Source: Myxococcota bacterium
GTDB taxonomy: Bacteria; Myxococcota_A; UBA9042; PHBI01; JAWLBL01
NCBI GenBank assembly: GCA_041687695.1
Contig: JAWLBL010000007.1
Span: 64,001-128,000, forward strand
DNA: 64,000 bases
Direction of reading: 5' to 3'
The first letter of the stretch is position 1; the number at the start of each line of letters is the position of its first letter. The notes under the pieces were generated by a model that saw nothing but the letters and a program-made list of their open reading frames with translations, ran no database searches and had not been told where the DNA came from. The position numbers and the translations under genes were made by a program. Below, piece by piece: positions 43,601 to 53,831 of the stretch.

Positions 43601-43714
43601 TCGTGTCTCTCCCCGAGCGCGGGATGGAAAGGGCGATGGCGCAGGATAGCGGTCGCCCCGGCCGGGTTCAATCGCGCACGCGCGGCGACTTCGAGGACGG
43701 CCCCAGGAACGCGA

Positions 43715-43778
43715 AGGCCCCGCCTCCGAGCCCGCTTCGAGGGGGGAGCCCTCGAAGCGGCGCGCGGTGGCGGGGCCT
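43715..43778. terminator. Long hairpin downstream of the vWA gene
   Basis: Outer stem AGGCCCCGCC/GGCGGGGCCT and inner 12-bp stem CCGCTTCGAGGG/CCCTCGAAGCGG. Confidence 0.6.
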
Positions 43779-43808
43779 GTGGTGCGCTCGGTCAGCGCGG
43801 GCGGGCGC

Positions 43809-44969
43809 TCAGAAGGTGAAGGCCTTCTGCGAGGCCGCCTTGCGGACCGACTTCTTGATGGCCTCGTCCAGCGAGCCCTTGCCCGCGGTCGTCTGCTCGG
43901 CCCGCTTGGCGGCGACGTACTTGTCGCGCTCGGCGCTGAGCTTGCGGATCTTCTCCTGGATCGCCGCGCGCTGCTTCTCGAGCTTGGCGATGTGGGCCTC
44001 GCGCTCGGCCGGCGTCATCTTGCGCATCTCCTCGGGCAGCTCCTCGGGCTTCATGTCCTTGACGGCCACCTTGCCCTTCTTCTTGGCGTCGACGAGGTCC
44101 CACCGCGAGTTGTCGTAGTGGGCCGACGACTTGGCCTGGGCGCGCTGCGTGGCGCTGCCCATGCCGGCGCTCTCGGCGTTGGCGTCCTGCTTGGCCTGCC
44201 GCTCGGCGGCGACCCGCCCCTCGCGGCCGTAGGCGACGTAGGTCTTGTTCAGCTCGACGCCGAGGCGCGCGATCTCGGCGTCCTGGGGCGCGGGGATGTG
44301 CACGACCTTCTGGTTGTGGTCGATGTTGAGGAAGCTGCCGTCGGCCAGCACGGCGCCGTCCTTCCAGCCCGTCGCCACACCGGTCCGCTCGTCGCCGCAG
44401 TGGATGGTGTTGACGCTGATGCCCTTGGCGATGGCCTCCTTGACGGCCCCGCGGTAGTCGACCGGCCCCTGGCTGAAGGGCTCGTTGCCCGCGATGAAGA
44501 TGACCTTCAGGTCGCGGTTGTCGGCCGACCACTGCAGCTCGCGCGTCGCCTTCTGGATGCTCTGGCCGCAGTACTCGCTGCCGCCGTTGGTGCGCAGGGC
44601 GAACAGCTCCTCGGAGATCTTGTCGAGGTCGGTCGTGAGCGGGACGATCATGCGGATGTAGCCCTCGCTCGCGGGCAGGCCGTCGTTGCCGTACTCGTAC
44701 AGGGCGACCTGCAGCTCGGGGCGCACCCCACCGCGGCGCGCCGTCGCGAAGTCGTTGACGACGGACCACAGCTGCGAGCGCGCCTGGTCGATGAGGCCGT
44801 CCATGCTGCCCGACGTGTCGAGGAGGATCGCCATCTGGATGAGCGGCTTCTTGTCGGCCTTCGGCACCTCGGCGCCCGGCGGGTGCGCGTGGGCGGCGCT
44901 CGTCAGCAGCAGGGCGGCGAGGATGGCGATGATCGAGAAGGTGCGTGGGCTGGGGCGCGTCGGGTGCAT
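43809..44969 (-). CDS. Secreted vWA domain protein with helical C-terminus
   Basis: LLDTSGSM MIDAS; GGSEYCG; IAGNEPF; WDLVD; signal peptide. Confidence 0.9.
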   Translation of the reverse strand: MHPTRPSPRTFSIIAILAALLLTSAAHAHPPGAEVPKADKKPLIQMAILLDTSGSMDGLIDQARSQLWSVVNDFATARRGGVRPELQVALYEYGNDGLPASEGYIRMIVPLTTDLDKISEELFALRTNGGSEYCGQSIQKATRELQWSADNRDLKVIFIAGNEPFSQGPVDYRGAVKEAIAKGISVNTIHCGDERTGVATGWKDGAVLADGSFLNIDHNQKVVHIPAPQDAEIARLGVELNKTYVAYGREGRVAAERQAKQDANAESAGMGSATQRAQAKSSAHYDNSRWDLVDAKKKGKVAVKDMKPEELPEEMRKMTPAEREAHIAKLEKQRAAIQEKIRKLSAERDKYVAAKRAEQTTAGKGSLDEAIKKSVRKAASQKAFTF

Positions 44970-45085
44970 GGTCCGTCTCCTGGGGTGGGTCACGGCGCCT
45001 TGTGACGCGCGCCCTCCAGCTTCGATCTGAGCGGGCGCGACTTTTTTTCGCGCCTATGGCCCCGAGAGCGATCGAACGGCGACGG

Positions 45086-46126
45086 TCAGCCCAGCTTGTA
45101 GTGGAACGGCACCTGCACGGCGCGGCGATCCCACTCGAGCTCGGACGGCGGCCGCGGAACGCGTGTCACGCGGCGGACGGCCTCGAGCGCGGCCTCGTCG
45201 AGCACCCCGTGGCCCGACGAGCGCGCTATGCGAGCCTCGCGGACGTGGCCGTCGCCGTCGATGACCAGCTCGAGCACCACCGTGCCCTGCAGCCCCTGGC
45301 GGACGGCGGCGCGCGGGTAGGAGAAGTCGCGCTTGAGGGCCTTTCCGACCTGGCGGATGTACTTGCGGAGCAGGGCCCGCGCGTCGACGGTCGGCTGCTC
45401 GCCCACGCCGTCGCCCGGCCCTTCGCCGGTGCCGGCGCCGTCGCCCACCTGGTCGCCGCTGGGGACGCCGGTCCCGTCGGGCGCCCCGTCGGGCGTGCCG
45501 CCGTTGCCCTCGGGGTCGGCGTCGGGCGCGGTCGCGGCGGCGGTCTGCTCGGGCGCGGGCGGTGCCTCGGGCGCGGCGGTGGACGCGACGTCGTCGGCCT
45601 TGGTCGGCGCCAGCGGGGCGGGCTGCTTCTTGGCCGCGCGCTTGGGCTTGCCGCGCTTGGGCGGCTTGGGCGCCTTGGGTGGGTCGACCTTGGCGACGGC
45701 CGGTGGCGGCGCGGACGCACGCTGCGGGGGCTTGGCCACCGCGACCGCCTTGGCGGGCGGCTCGGCCGGCTTGGGCGCCTCGGGGGGCGGGGCGGGGGGG
45801 CGCACCTCGGCGCGGGGCAGCTCCTTGGGCGCCGGCGCCGCGTGCTCGACGCGCAGCACCTCGAGCACGCGGCGGTGCGCCTGGCGTCGCAGCTGGGTGC
45901 GGTCCTCCTCGGGGGCGAGGGCGGCGGCGGTCAGAAAGCCGGCGTGGACCAGGAGGGCGACGACGAAGGCGACGAGGCTGGCGTAGGTGTCGCGCCGCTG
46001 GGCGACGCTGCGGGGGTGGTGCCGCAGCGCGGCGCGCAGAGCGCGGCGGTCGCCGGCGTCGGGCGCGAGGTCCGGTCGCTCGATCTGATCGCGCTGGGTC
46101 GCGGTTGGCTGCTCGAGTGGCTGCAT
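45086..46126 (-). CDS. tonB: Energy transducer TonB
   Basis: TM helix with conserved His (ALLVHA); Pro/Ala/Lys-rich linker; TonB-C YPRAA...QGTV...SSG...LDEAA. Confidence 0.88.
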   Translation of the reverse strand: MQPLEQPTATQRDQIERPDLAPDAGDRRALRAALRHHPRSVAQRRDTYASLVAFVVALLVHAGFLTAAALAPEEDRTQLRRQAHRRVLEVLRVEHAAPAPKELPRAEVRPPAPPPEAPKPAEPPAKAVAVAKPPQRASAPPPAVAKVDPPKAPKPPKRGKPKRAAKKQPAPLAPTKADDVASTAAPEAPPAPEQTAAATAPDADPEGNGGTPDGAPDGTGVPSGDQVGDGAGTGEGPGDGVGEQPTVDARALLRKYIRQVGKALKRDFSYPRAAVRQGLQGTVVLELVIDGDGHVREARIARSSGHGVLDEAALEAVRRVTRVPRPPSELEWDRRAVQVPFHYKLG

Positions 46127-46184
46127 TCACCCACCTGTCGGGTCACGGACACTAGGGGATCGGATGTGCGCGCGCAAGGCTCTT

Positions 46185-46266
46185 GAAAGTGAAAGTCAAT
46201 AACGGCAATCGACCGACCCGGTCGCCTTTCCGGTTGACCTGCTTATCGATTTCGATTCTCAATATC
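46185..46266. promoter_or_regulatory. Two Fur-box-like sites in the divergent promoter region
   Basis: GAAAGTGAAAGTCAATAAC (46185-46203) and GATTTCGATTCTCAATATC (46248-46266) each match 13/19 of GATAATGATAATCATTATC by manual count; AT-rich island. Confidence 0.65.
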
Positions 46267-46365
46267 GCCGCAAGCGGGCCCGGACGGCGAACTCCGGGGC
46301 CCGAAAACCTACGGCGATGCGCCCGGAGAACGATCTTGCGAAGCTTTGGATCACCATGGGGAACG

Positions 46366-47937
46366 ATGGGGCTCAAGGGAGCCCGTGGGGTCGTGGCGGC
46401 CGCGCTGCTGTTGGGCACCCCGGCCTGCGACGACGACGGCGAGGTGACGCCGACGACCGACACGCAGGTCGACACGGGCGCGGACGTCGATCCGGGCGAC
46501 ACGATCGACGGTGACGTCGCGGACGACGTCGGGCCGGACACCAGCGAGGACGTCGTCGAGCAGCGCCCGACGACCTACACCTTCCCGAGCAAGCCCGTGT
46601 CGGGCGCCGACAGCGTCGACTACGACGGCCAGGTGCTGCGGCAGGTGCTGCTGCAGAACCTCACGTCCTACATCGGCGGGCTGACGGCGGCGATCGACGG
46701 CGCCACCTTCGCCCCGACCCAGGAGGGCGAGGTCGTCGCGGCCCTCGACTTCTACTTCCGCTTCGACGGCGACTCCTACGGCGACGAGCCGCACGGCGTC
46801 TCGACCACCCCCGCGCCGCTGCAGTCGACCTACGCCGACGTCTCGGCCGGCCGCGACATCGTGGGCAAGCTGGCGGGCAACGACGCCGCGACCGATCACA
46901 AGGACTGGTCGACCGAGTTCGTCGGTTGGTCCGACGCGTCCATCGCCGCCCACGGCGGCTCCATCACCTCGCCCGAGGGGCTCGTCGTCGCCTTCTTCGA
47001 GACCCTCGAGGCCCAGGCCCTCGCGCGCGTCGACGGCGACATCCCGACCGGCACCGACGGCGCGCACCTGCCGGTGTACGTGACCCCCACCGGCCTCGAT
47101 CTGCAGCAGCTCATCCAGAAGACGCTGCACGGCGCCCTGTCGTTCTCGCAGGCCGCCGACGACTACCTGGACAGCGAGCACCCCGGCAAGGGGATCCTGG
47201 CCTCCAACGTGGCCGCCGAGGGCGCGAAGTACACGCCGCTGGGCCACGGCTGGGACGAGGGCTTCGGCTACTGGGGCGCCGCCCGCGACTACGCCGCCTA
47301 CTCGGACGAGGAGCTCGCCGGCAAGGGCGGCGACGCCGCGCGCAAGCTGGGCTACTTCGACACCGACGGCGACGGCGCCGTCGACCTCACCCAGGAGTTC
47401 AACTGGGGCGTCTCCACCAACGCGGCCAAGCGCGACCTCGGCAGCCACGCCGACGCCAAGACCGACTTCACCGGCGACCTGTGGAACGCCTTCCTCGAGG
47501 GCCGCTGGATCATCCACCAGGCCGACGGCGAGCTGACCCCCGACGAGCTGGCCGCGCTCGAGGCGCAGCGCGACATCGCCGTGCTGACCTGGGAGAAGGT
47601 CATCGCCGCGACGGTCGTCCACTACATCAACGACACGCTGAAGGAGATGGCGAAGTTCGACACGGACGCCTACAGCTTCGCCAAGCACGCCAAGGGCTGG
47701 TCCGAGATGAAGGGCTTCGCGCTGGCCTTCCAGTTCAACCCGGCCTCGCCGCTGTCGGACGCCGACTTCGCCAAGTTCCACCAGCTGGTGGGCGACGCGC
47801 CGGTCCTCGAGACCGCCTCGGCGGACGACATCGCGGCGTATGAGGCGGACCTCCTCGAGGCGCGGGCGCTGCTCGGAGCGGCGTATGAGTTCGCCGCGGC
47901 CAACCTTGGGGATGACAACGGCGCCGGCGGCTGGTAG
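46366..47937 (+). CDS. DUF4856-like lipoprotein (iron-uptake associated)
   Basis: Lipobox TPAC; YDGQ-x-LR; QLIQK-x-LHGA; HGWDEGFGYWG; HAKGWSEMKGF. Confidence 0.75.
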   Translation: MGLKGARGVVAAALLLGTPACDDDGEVTPTTDTQVDTGADVDPGDTIDGDVADDVGPDTSEDVVEQRPTTYTFPSKPVSGADSVDYDGQVLRQVLLQNLTSYIGGLTAAIDGATFAPTQEGEVVAALDFYFRFDGDSYGDEPHGVSTTPAPLQSTYADVSAGRDIVGKLAGNDAATDHKDWSTEFVGWSDASIAAHGGSITSPEGLVVAFFETLEAQALARVDGDIPTGTDGAHLPVYVTPTGLDLQQLIQKTLHGALSFSQAADDYLDSEHPGKGILASNVAAEGAKYTPLGHGWDEGFGYWGAARDYAAYSDEELAGKGGDAARKLGYFDTDGDGAVDLTQEFNWGVSTNAAKRDLGSHADAKTDFTGDLWNAFLEGRWIIHQADGELTPDELAALEAQRDIAVLTWEKVIAATVVHYINDTLKEMAKFDTDAYSFAKHAKGWSEMKGFALAFQFNPASPLSDADFAKFHQLVGDAPVLETASADDIAAYEADLLEARALLGAAYEFAAANLGDDNGAGGW

Positions 47938-47963
47938 CTGGAGCGCGCAGATCCTCACGATCG

Positions 47964-47987
47964 CCGGCCGGGGTTCGCCCCGGCCGG
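47964..47987 (+). terminator. Intra-operon hairpin with UUCG tetraloop
   Basis: CCGGCCGGGG-TTCG-CCCCGGCCGG. Confidence 0.6.
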
Positions 47988-48044
47988 GATCGCACGATGG
48001 AGCGAGGGGCGCCCGTCGGGGCGCCGCTCCTATTGGAGCGAGCC

Positions 48045-49265
48045 ATGATGACAGTACGTTCGGTCGTCCGCGGCGGCATCGCCCTGCTGGCACTCGCGGC
48101 CGTCGCCTGCGGCGAGGGCGCCGCGACGAGCACCGACGCCAGCGGCGACGCGGCGCCCGTGACCGGGGCCGCCGTCAAGCGTGCCGCCCTCGAGAGCTGG
48201 GTCGCCAACGTCATCCAGCCGACCTACACCGAGTTCCGCGCCGCCGCGGCCGCGCTCGAGGCGGCGGCGGCCGACCTCGCCGAGGATCCGACCGACGCCC
48301 GTCGCGAGGCCGCCCAGGACGCCTGGCGCGCGGCCATGGTCGTCTGGCAGCGCGCCGAGGTCTTCCAGTTCGGCCCGGCCGGCGTCATGGGCAAGGTGCA
48401 GGGCGGAGAGGATCTGCGCGACGCCATCTACTCGTGGCCGCTGGTCAACCGCTGCCGCGTCGACCAGGAGACCGCCGAGCAGAGCTACGTCGACGTCGCG
48501 GGCTTCGCCTCCGAGCCGGTCAACGTCCGCGGCCTCGACGCCCTCGAGTACCTCCTGTGGAACGAGGACGCCGGCAACGCCTGCGCCCCGAACAGCACGC
48601 TCAACACCTCGGGCGCCTGGGCGGCCCTGTCGGCGGCCGAGGTCACGGCGCGTCGGGCCGCCTACGCGCACACGCTGTCGCAGCTGCTCGTCGGACACGC
48701 CGACGCGCTCGTCGCCGCCTGGCAGGTCGCGCCGGGCACCTTCGGGACCGAGCTGGTCACGGCCGGGGAGGGCAGCGCCGCCTTCATGAACCTGCAGGAG
48801 GCGCTGAACGCGGTCTCCGACGCGCTGTTCTACGTGGACCAGCAGACCAAGGACGCCAAGCTGGCGCGTCCGGCCGGGCTGGCCAACTGCGCAGAGGCGA
48901 CCTGCCCCGACGCGGTCGAGTCTCCGTTCGCGCGCGCCTCCAAGGAGCAGATCCTTGCGAACCTGCGCGGGTTCCAGGCCTTCTACCTGGGCGCCCCGGC
49001 TGGCGAGGAGGGCACCGGGTTCGACGACATCCTGGTCGCCGTCGGCGCCGAGACCCTGGCCGCCGACATGGCCACGCGCATCGAAGACGCCATCACGGCC
49101 GTGGCGGCCATCCCGGGGACGCTGACCGAGGCGCTCGCGGCCGATCGCGACGCCGTGGTCGCGGCCCACGCGGCCGTCAAGGGCGTGACGGATCTCCTCA
49201 AGACCCAGTTCCTGAGCGTGCTCGACCTCGAGCCGCCGGCCTCGGCGGCCAGCGACAACGACTGA
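48045..49265 (+). CDS. Imelysin family lipoprotein
   Basis: AAQDAWRAA, FQFGP, IYSWP, RGLDALEYLL and KLARPAG motifs; C-terminal SDND. Confidence 0.88.
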   Translation: MMTVRSVVRGGIALLALAAVACGEGAATSTDASGDAAPVTGAAVKRAALESWVANVIQPTYTEFRAAAAALEAAAADLAEDPTDARREAAQDAWRAAMVVWQRAEVFQFGPAGVMGKVQGGEDLRDAIYSWPLVNRCRVDQETAEQSYVDVAGFASEPVNVRGLDALEYLLWNEDAGNACAPNSTLNTSGAWAALSAAEVTARRAAYAHTLSQLLVGHADALVAAWQVAPGTFGTELVTAGEGSAAFMNLQEALNAVSDALFYVDQQTKDAKLARPAGLANCAEATCPDAVESPFARASKEQILANLRGFQAFYLGAPAGEEGTGFDDILVAVGAETLAADMATRIEDAITAVAAIPGTLTEALAADRDAVVAAHAAVKGVTDLLKTQFLSVLDLEPPASAASDND

Positions 49266-49271
49266 GCGCGC

Positions 49272-50711
49272 ATGACCCGAGACGGAACTCGCCTCCAGCG
49301 TCTCCTAGCCCGCGCGGCCCACCCGGTCGACGCGGGTTCGCTCGTCGCCTTCCGGGTGGCCTTCGGGCTGCTCATGGCGGTCGCGGCGGCGCGCTTCGTC
49401 GCGAGCGGCTGGATCGAGGCCTTCTTCGTCGAGCCGCGCTTCTTCTTCAAGTTCTGGGGGGCCGGCTGGGCCGCGGTCCCGCCCGCCGAGGTCATCTACG
49501 CCATGTTCGGCGTCATGGCCCTGGCGGCGGTCGGCTTCGCCCTGGGCGTGTTCTACCGCGCCTGTCTGGCCGTCTTCCTGGTCCTGTTCACGGCCGTCGA
49601 GCTCTTCGACGTCACCAACTACCTCAACCACTACTACCTGGTGAGCCTGCTCGGGCTCATCCTGTTCGTCCTGCCGCTCGGCCGCGCCTGGTCCGTCGAC
49701 GCGTGGCGCCGCCCCGACCGCGCCATCACCCACGTCCCGGCCTGGATGGTGTGGCTCGTGCGCTTCCAGGTCGCCGTGGTCTACACCTACGCCGCCGTCG
49801 CCAAGATGAGCGAGGACTGGCTGGTGCACGCGCAGCCGCTGAACCTGTGGCTGCACGCCCGCAGCGACTTCCCGCTGCTGGGCCCGTGGTTCGAGCGCTG
49901 GGACGTTGCGCTGGCCATGAGCTGGGCCGGGTTCCTGCACGATCTTTTGGTCGCGCCGCTGCTGCTGTGGCGCCGCAGCCGGCCTTGGGCCTACGTGATG
50001 CTCCTCGGCTTCCACGGCCTCACGGGGGCGCTGTTCAACATCGGCCTTTTCCCCTTCATCATGACCCTCGCCGCGACCACCTACTTCGAGCCCGACTGGC
50101 CGCGGCGGGTGGCCGCCCGCCTGCGCCGGGTGCTCGGGCGTCCCGCGGCCGAGGCGCCCCCCGTCCGGCTGCCGCAGCTGCCGACGGGCTGGCGGCGCAC
50201 CCTGGGCGTGTCGACCCTGGCCGCGTACGCCGCGCTGCAGGTCCTGATGCCGCTGCGGTCGCTGGCCTACCCGGGCCCGGTCATCTGGCGCGAGGAGGGG
50301 ATGCGCTTTTCGTGGAAGGTGCTGGTCCGCGAAAAGAGCGGCAGCGTGACCTACCGCGTGCGCGAGCCGAGCGGCCGCGAGCACCTGGTGTCGCCCGCCC
50401 AGTACCTGACGCGCCGTCAGGAGCGCGAGATGTCCGGCCAGCCGGACCTCATCGTGCAGCTCGCCCACCACGTCGCGGCCGACTTCCGGGCGCGCGGCTT
50501 CGGCGAGGTCGAGGTCCGGGCCGAGGCCCTGGTGTCCATGAACGGCCGCGCGCCGTCCCCGCTCGTCGACCCCGAGGTCGACCTCGCCAGGGTCACGCCC
50601 GGCCTCGCCGTCGCCGACTGGATTCTGCCCGCCCCCACCACCGCGCCGCCCCGACTCGGCGCGCGCCCTTCCGCTCCACCGGGCCCCCCGCCCGACGAGG
50701 TCTCCCCATGA
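49272..50711 (+). CDS. HTTM-domain / vitamin K-dependent gamma-carboxylase-like membrane protein
   Basis: [43 protein letters not shown] and DPEVDL motifs. Confidence 0.9.
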   Translation: MTRDGTRLQRLLARAAHPVDAGSLVAFRVAFGLLMAVAAARFVASGWIEAFFVEPRFFFKFWGAGWAAVPPAEVIYAMFGVMALAAVGFALGVFYRACLAVFLVLFTAVELFDVTNYLNHYYLVSLLGLILFVLPLGRAWSVDAWRRPDRAITHVPAWMVWLVRFQVAVVYTYAAVAKMSEDWLVHAQPLNLWLHARSDFPLLGPWFERWDVALAMSWAGFLHDLLVAPLLLWRRSRPWAYVMLLGFHGLTGALFNIGLFPFIMTLAATTYFEPDWPRRVAARLRRVLGRPAAEAPPVRLPQLPTGWRRTLGVSTLAAYAALQVLMPLRSLAYPGPVIWREEGMRFSWKVLVREKSGSVTYRVREPSGREHLVSPAQYLTRRQEREMSGQPDLIVQLAHHVAADFRARGFGEVEVRAEALVSMNGRAPSPLVDPEVDLARVTPGLAVADWILPAPTTAPPRLGARPSAPPGPPPDEVSP

Positions 50712-53050
50712 TCAGGCGCTCGCGCCTCTCGGCCGTCCTGTCCGCCACCGCCCTCCTCGCCGCCGGCGCCCCGCTGGCGCACGCCGACGACCCGGCGCCT
50801 GCGCCCCCGGCCGCGCCGGCCGAGCCGGTCCAACCCGAGCCCGCGCCGGCCGACGCCGCCGAGGACGCCGACTTCGACGACGACGCCGACGCCGAGGTGG
50901 CGCCGCTCGACGACGAGCAGCCGGACGACTTCGAGGAGGTCCGCAAGGGCGCCTACCGGATGAAGGGCTTCGAGATCACCTACCGGCCCGAGGACGTCTT
51001 CAAGGAGGGCGGCTCGGTGCAGGTGCTCGACCCGGCGCTGCTCGGGCGGCTCGGCCACGACGACCCCAACCGGCCGCTGATGATGGTGCCGGGCGTGTAC
51101 ATCCGACAGGAGGACGGCTACGGGCTGCGGCCCAACATCGGCCTGCGCGGCGCCAGCAGCGAGCGCAGCAGCAAGGTCACCCTGATGGAGGACGGCATCC
51201 TCTTCGGGCCGGCCCCCTACTCGGCCCCGGCCGCCTACTACTTCCCGATGATGGCGCGCATCGATCAGGTCGAGGTGCTCAAGGGCCCGGCCGCCGTCCT
51301 GGCTGGCCCGCAGACCATCGGCGGCGCCATCAACCTGGTCACCCGCGACATCCCGCGCGAGCTGTCGGGCATGGCCAGCGTCGGCTACGGGATGTTCGAC
51401 ACCCTGCGCCTGCACGGCCACGCGGGTGGCAGCCTGCCCTGGGGCGGCCTGCTGGTCGAGGCGGTGCACCTGGGCACCGACGGCTTCAAGACCCTCGACG
51501 GCGGCGGCGACACCGGCTTCGACAAGACCGAGGCCATGCTCAAGGGGCGCCTCAACTCGGACCTCGCGGGCGACGTCTACCACCAGCTCGACCTCAAGCT
51601 CGTCTACTCGCGCGAGGTGTCGAACGAGACCTACCTGGGGCTCAGCGACGCCGACTTCCGCGCCGACCCCTACCGCCGCTACCGCTCCAGCGCCCTCGAC
51701 CGCATGGACCTCGAACGGCTGGGCGGGCAGCTCGCCTACTCGGTGGCGGTGGGCGACGACCTCGACCTGGGCCTCACCGTCTACCGCCACACCATGAGCC
51801 GCGCGTGGCGCAAGCTCAACCGCTTCCGCGGCGGCCCCGAGCTGCTCGAGATCCTGTCCGACCCGACGACGCCGCTCAACCGCGCCTACTACGACGTGCT
51901 GACCGGCGCCGAGGACTCGGCGAGCGACCCCGAGACGCTGCTGGTCGGCACCAACGCCCGCGAGTTCGTCGTCATGGGCGCCGACGCCAAGGCGCGCCTC
52001 GCCTTCGACACGGGCGCGGTCGGCCACGAGCTGCGCGCCGGCGTCCGCTACCACTGGGACAGCATCGAGCGGAACCACTACGAGGACCCCTACGCGATGA
52101 CCGCCGGCGACCTGACGGCGACCGGCGAGCCGCGCGTCACCAACACGCGCAACCGCGGCACTTCGGGGGCGCTGGCGGCCTTCGTCGCGCACGCCCTGGA
52201 CGTCGAGGGGCTGACCGTGCGCACCGGCGCGCGCGCCGAGGTCATCGACATGGCGCTCGAGAACCTCGACACGGGCGCCGTCGCCGACAGCGACCAGGCG
52301 GCGCTGCTGTTCGGCCTCGGCGCCCACTACGCGCTGACGCCGACCTTCGGCGTCCTGGCCGGCGTGCACCAGGGCTTCAGCCCCGTGGCCCCCGGCCAGG
52401 CCGCGGGCGTCGACCCCGAGCGCAGCGTCAACTACGAGCTGGGCGCGCGCTACCTGGACGCCGAGGCCGGCTCGACCGCCGAGGTCATCGGCTTCTACAA
52501 CGACTACTCGAACCTGGTGACGCAGTGCACGCTGTCGGCGGGGTGCCGGCCGACCGATCTCGACGCCCAGTTCAACGCCGGCGAGGTCGACGTGGTCGGC
52601 GTCGAGCTGCTCGCGGCCCACGCCTTCGACCTGGGCCCGGTGGCCCTGCGCCTGCGCGGCACCTACACCTTCACCCACGCCCGCTTCGGGACCTCGTTCA
52701 CCTCGGACAACCCCGTCTACGGGGTGGTCGAGGCGGGCGACCCCGTGCCCTACATCCCCGAGCACCAGGCCTCGGCCCTGGTCGGGGTCGAGGGCGAGGT
52801 CTGGGGCGTCGACGTCACGGCCACCGTGCTGGACTCGCTGCTCGAGGGCGCCGGCGCGCTGAACGGGCGCGAGAGCGACGCCGCCGTGCTGGTGGACGTG
52901 GCGGCGCGCTACCGCCCCATGGACTGGCTCGAGCTGTCGGTCCGCGGCGAGAACCTGACCGGCGCCGAGCCCGTCGTCTCGCGCCGGCCCTACGGCGCCC
53001 GCCCCGCCAAGCCGCTGCACGTCCACGGGGCCATGCGCGTCTTCTTCTGA
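50708..53050 (+). CDS. TonB-dependent receptor (FecA-like)
   Basis: [29 protein letters not shown]...GGAINLVT plug; [10 protein letters not shown]; terminal Phe. Confidence 0.93.
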   Translation: MIRRSRLSAVLSATALLAAGAPLAHADDPAPAPPAAPAEPVQPEPAPADAAEDADFDDDADAEVAPLDDEQPDDFEEVRKGAYRMKGFEITYRPEDVFKEGGSVQVLDPALLGRLGHDDPNRPLMMVPGVYIRQEDGYGLRPNIGLRGASSERSSKVTLMEDGILFGPAPYSAPAAYYFPMMARIDQVEVLKGPAAVLAGPQTIGGAINLVTRDIPRELSGMASVGYGMFDTLRLHGHAGGSLPWGGLLVEAVHLGTDGFKTLDGGGDTGFDKTEAMLKGRLNSDLAGDVYHQLDLKLVYSREVSNETYLGLSDADFRADPYRRYRSSALDRMDLERLGGQLAYSVAVGDDLDLGLTVYRHTMSRAWRKLNRFRGGPELLEILSDPTTPLNRAYYDVLTGAEDSASDPETLLVGTNAREFVVMGADAKARLAFDTGAVGHELRAGVRYHWDSIERNHYEDPYAMTAGDLTATGEPRVTNTRNRGTSGALAAFVAHALDVEGLTVRTGARAEVIDMALENLDTGAVADSDQAALLFGLGAHYALTPTFGVLAGVHQGFSPVAPGQAAGVDPERSVNYELGARYLDAEAGSTAEVIGFYNDYSNLVTQCTLSAGCRPTDLDAQFNAGEVDVVGVELLAAHAFDLGPVALRLRGTYTFTHARFGTSFTSDNPVYGVVEAGDPVPYIPEHQASALVGVEGEVWGVDVTATVLDSLLEGAGALNGRESDAAVLVDVAARYRPMDWLELSVRGENLTGAEPVVSRRPYGARPAKPLHVHGAMRVFF

Positions 53051-53069
53051 GCCGCGCGCCCGGAGCGGG

Positions 53070-53648
53070 TCAGGCCGCGCGGCGCTCGGGCGTCGCGTCG
53101 GCCTGGGCCTTGCCGCCGGCGATGCGGCGGACGAGCAGGGCCAGCGTCACCAGCATCCCCAGGGCGTAGCCGCCGGTGGACGGCAGCGCGAGCCACTCCA
53201 GGGCCTCCTTGGCGGCCCCGGTGCCGCCCAGGCCCGGCGCCATCTGCCCGGCCAGCAGCCAGAACACCCCGTAGCCGAGGGCGCCGAAGCCCAATCCGAT
53301 GGCGGCCAGCTGGGCGAGGCGCCGCGGGCCGCCCACGAAGGCCAGCAGGAAGATGGAGGCCAGGGCGGCCGTGCTCATCGCGCCGGCGTGCAGGTGGGCC
53401 CGCTTGTAGTAGCTCCAGCTCTTGGCGGTCACGGCCTTCATCTTGGCCTCGTCGCCGCCGTAGACGTCGGCGAGGGCGGCCTGCCCGCTGGCCTCGAGGC
53501 CTTGCTTGAGGCTGTCCTCGGCCGCGCCGAAGGCGAGCCCGACGCCGACGCTGAACAGGGCGGCCAGCAGCGCCAGGACGAGCCCCGCCGCGAAGGGGCG
53601 GAGGTGGCGGTCGTACAGGTCGGCGGAGGCGGTCGTGGCAGCGGACAT
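53070..53648 (-). CDS. Hypothetical membrane protein
   Basis: About four TM helices; [14 protein letters not shown] motif; ATG 53648 with GGAG RBS. Confidence 0.75.
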   Translation of the reverse strand: MSAATTASADLYDRHLRPFAAGLVLALLAALFSVGVGLAFGAAEDSLKQGLEASGQAALADVYGGDEAKMKAVTAKSWSYYKRAHLHAGAMSTAALASIFLLAFVGGPRRLAQLAAIGLGFGALGYGVFWLLAGQMAPGLGGTGAAKEALEWLALPSTGGYALGMLVTLALLVRRIAGGKAQADATPERRAA

Positions 53649-53831
53649 GGGGGCTCCTGGATGGGGGCGCGCCGGACCGCGCGCGTCGGGGGAGGGGGCC
53701 GTTCGGCCGAAGGAAGGCGAGTATACACGCGGCGTTGCGTCGCGCGAGCGCGGAGCGGAGGCGCAGCCGTCGGTTGAGCGCCCGCGACGCGGTGGGGTAG
53801 GGTGCGCCGGGCCGTGGACGCGAGCGGGGGG

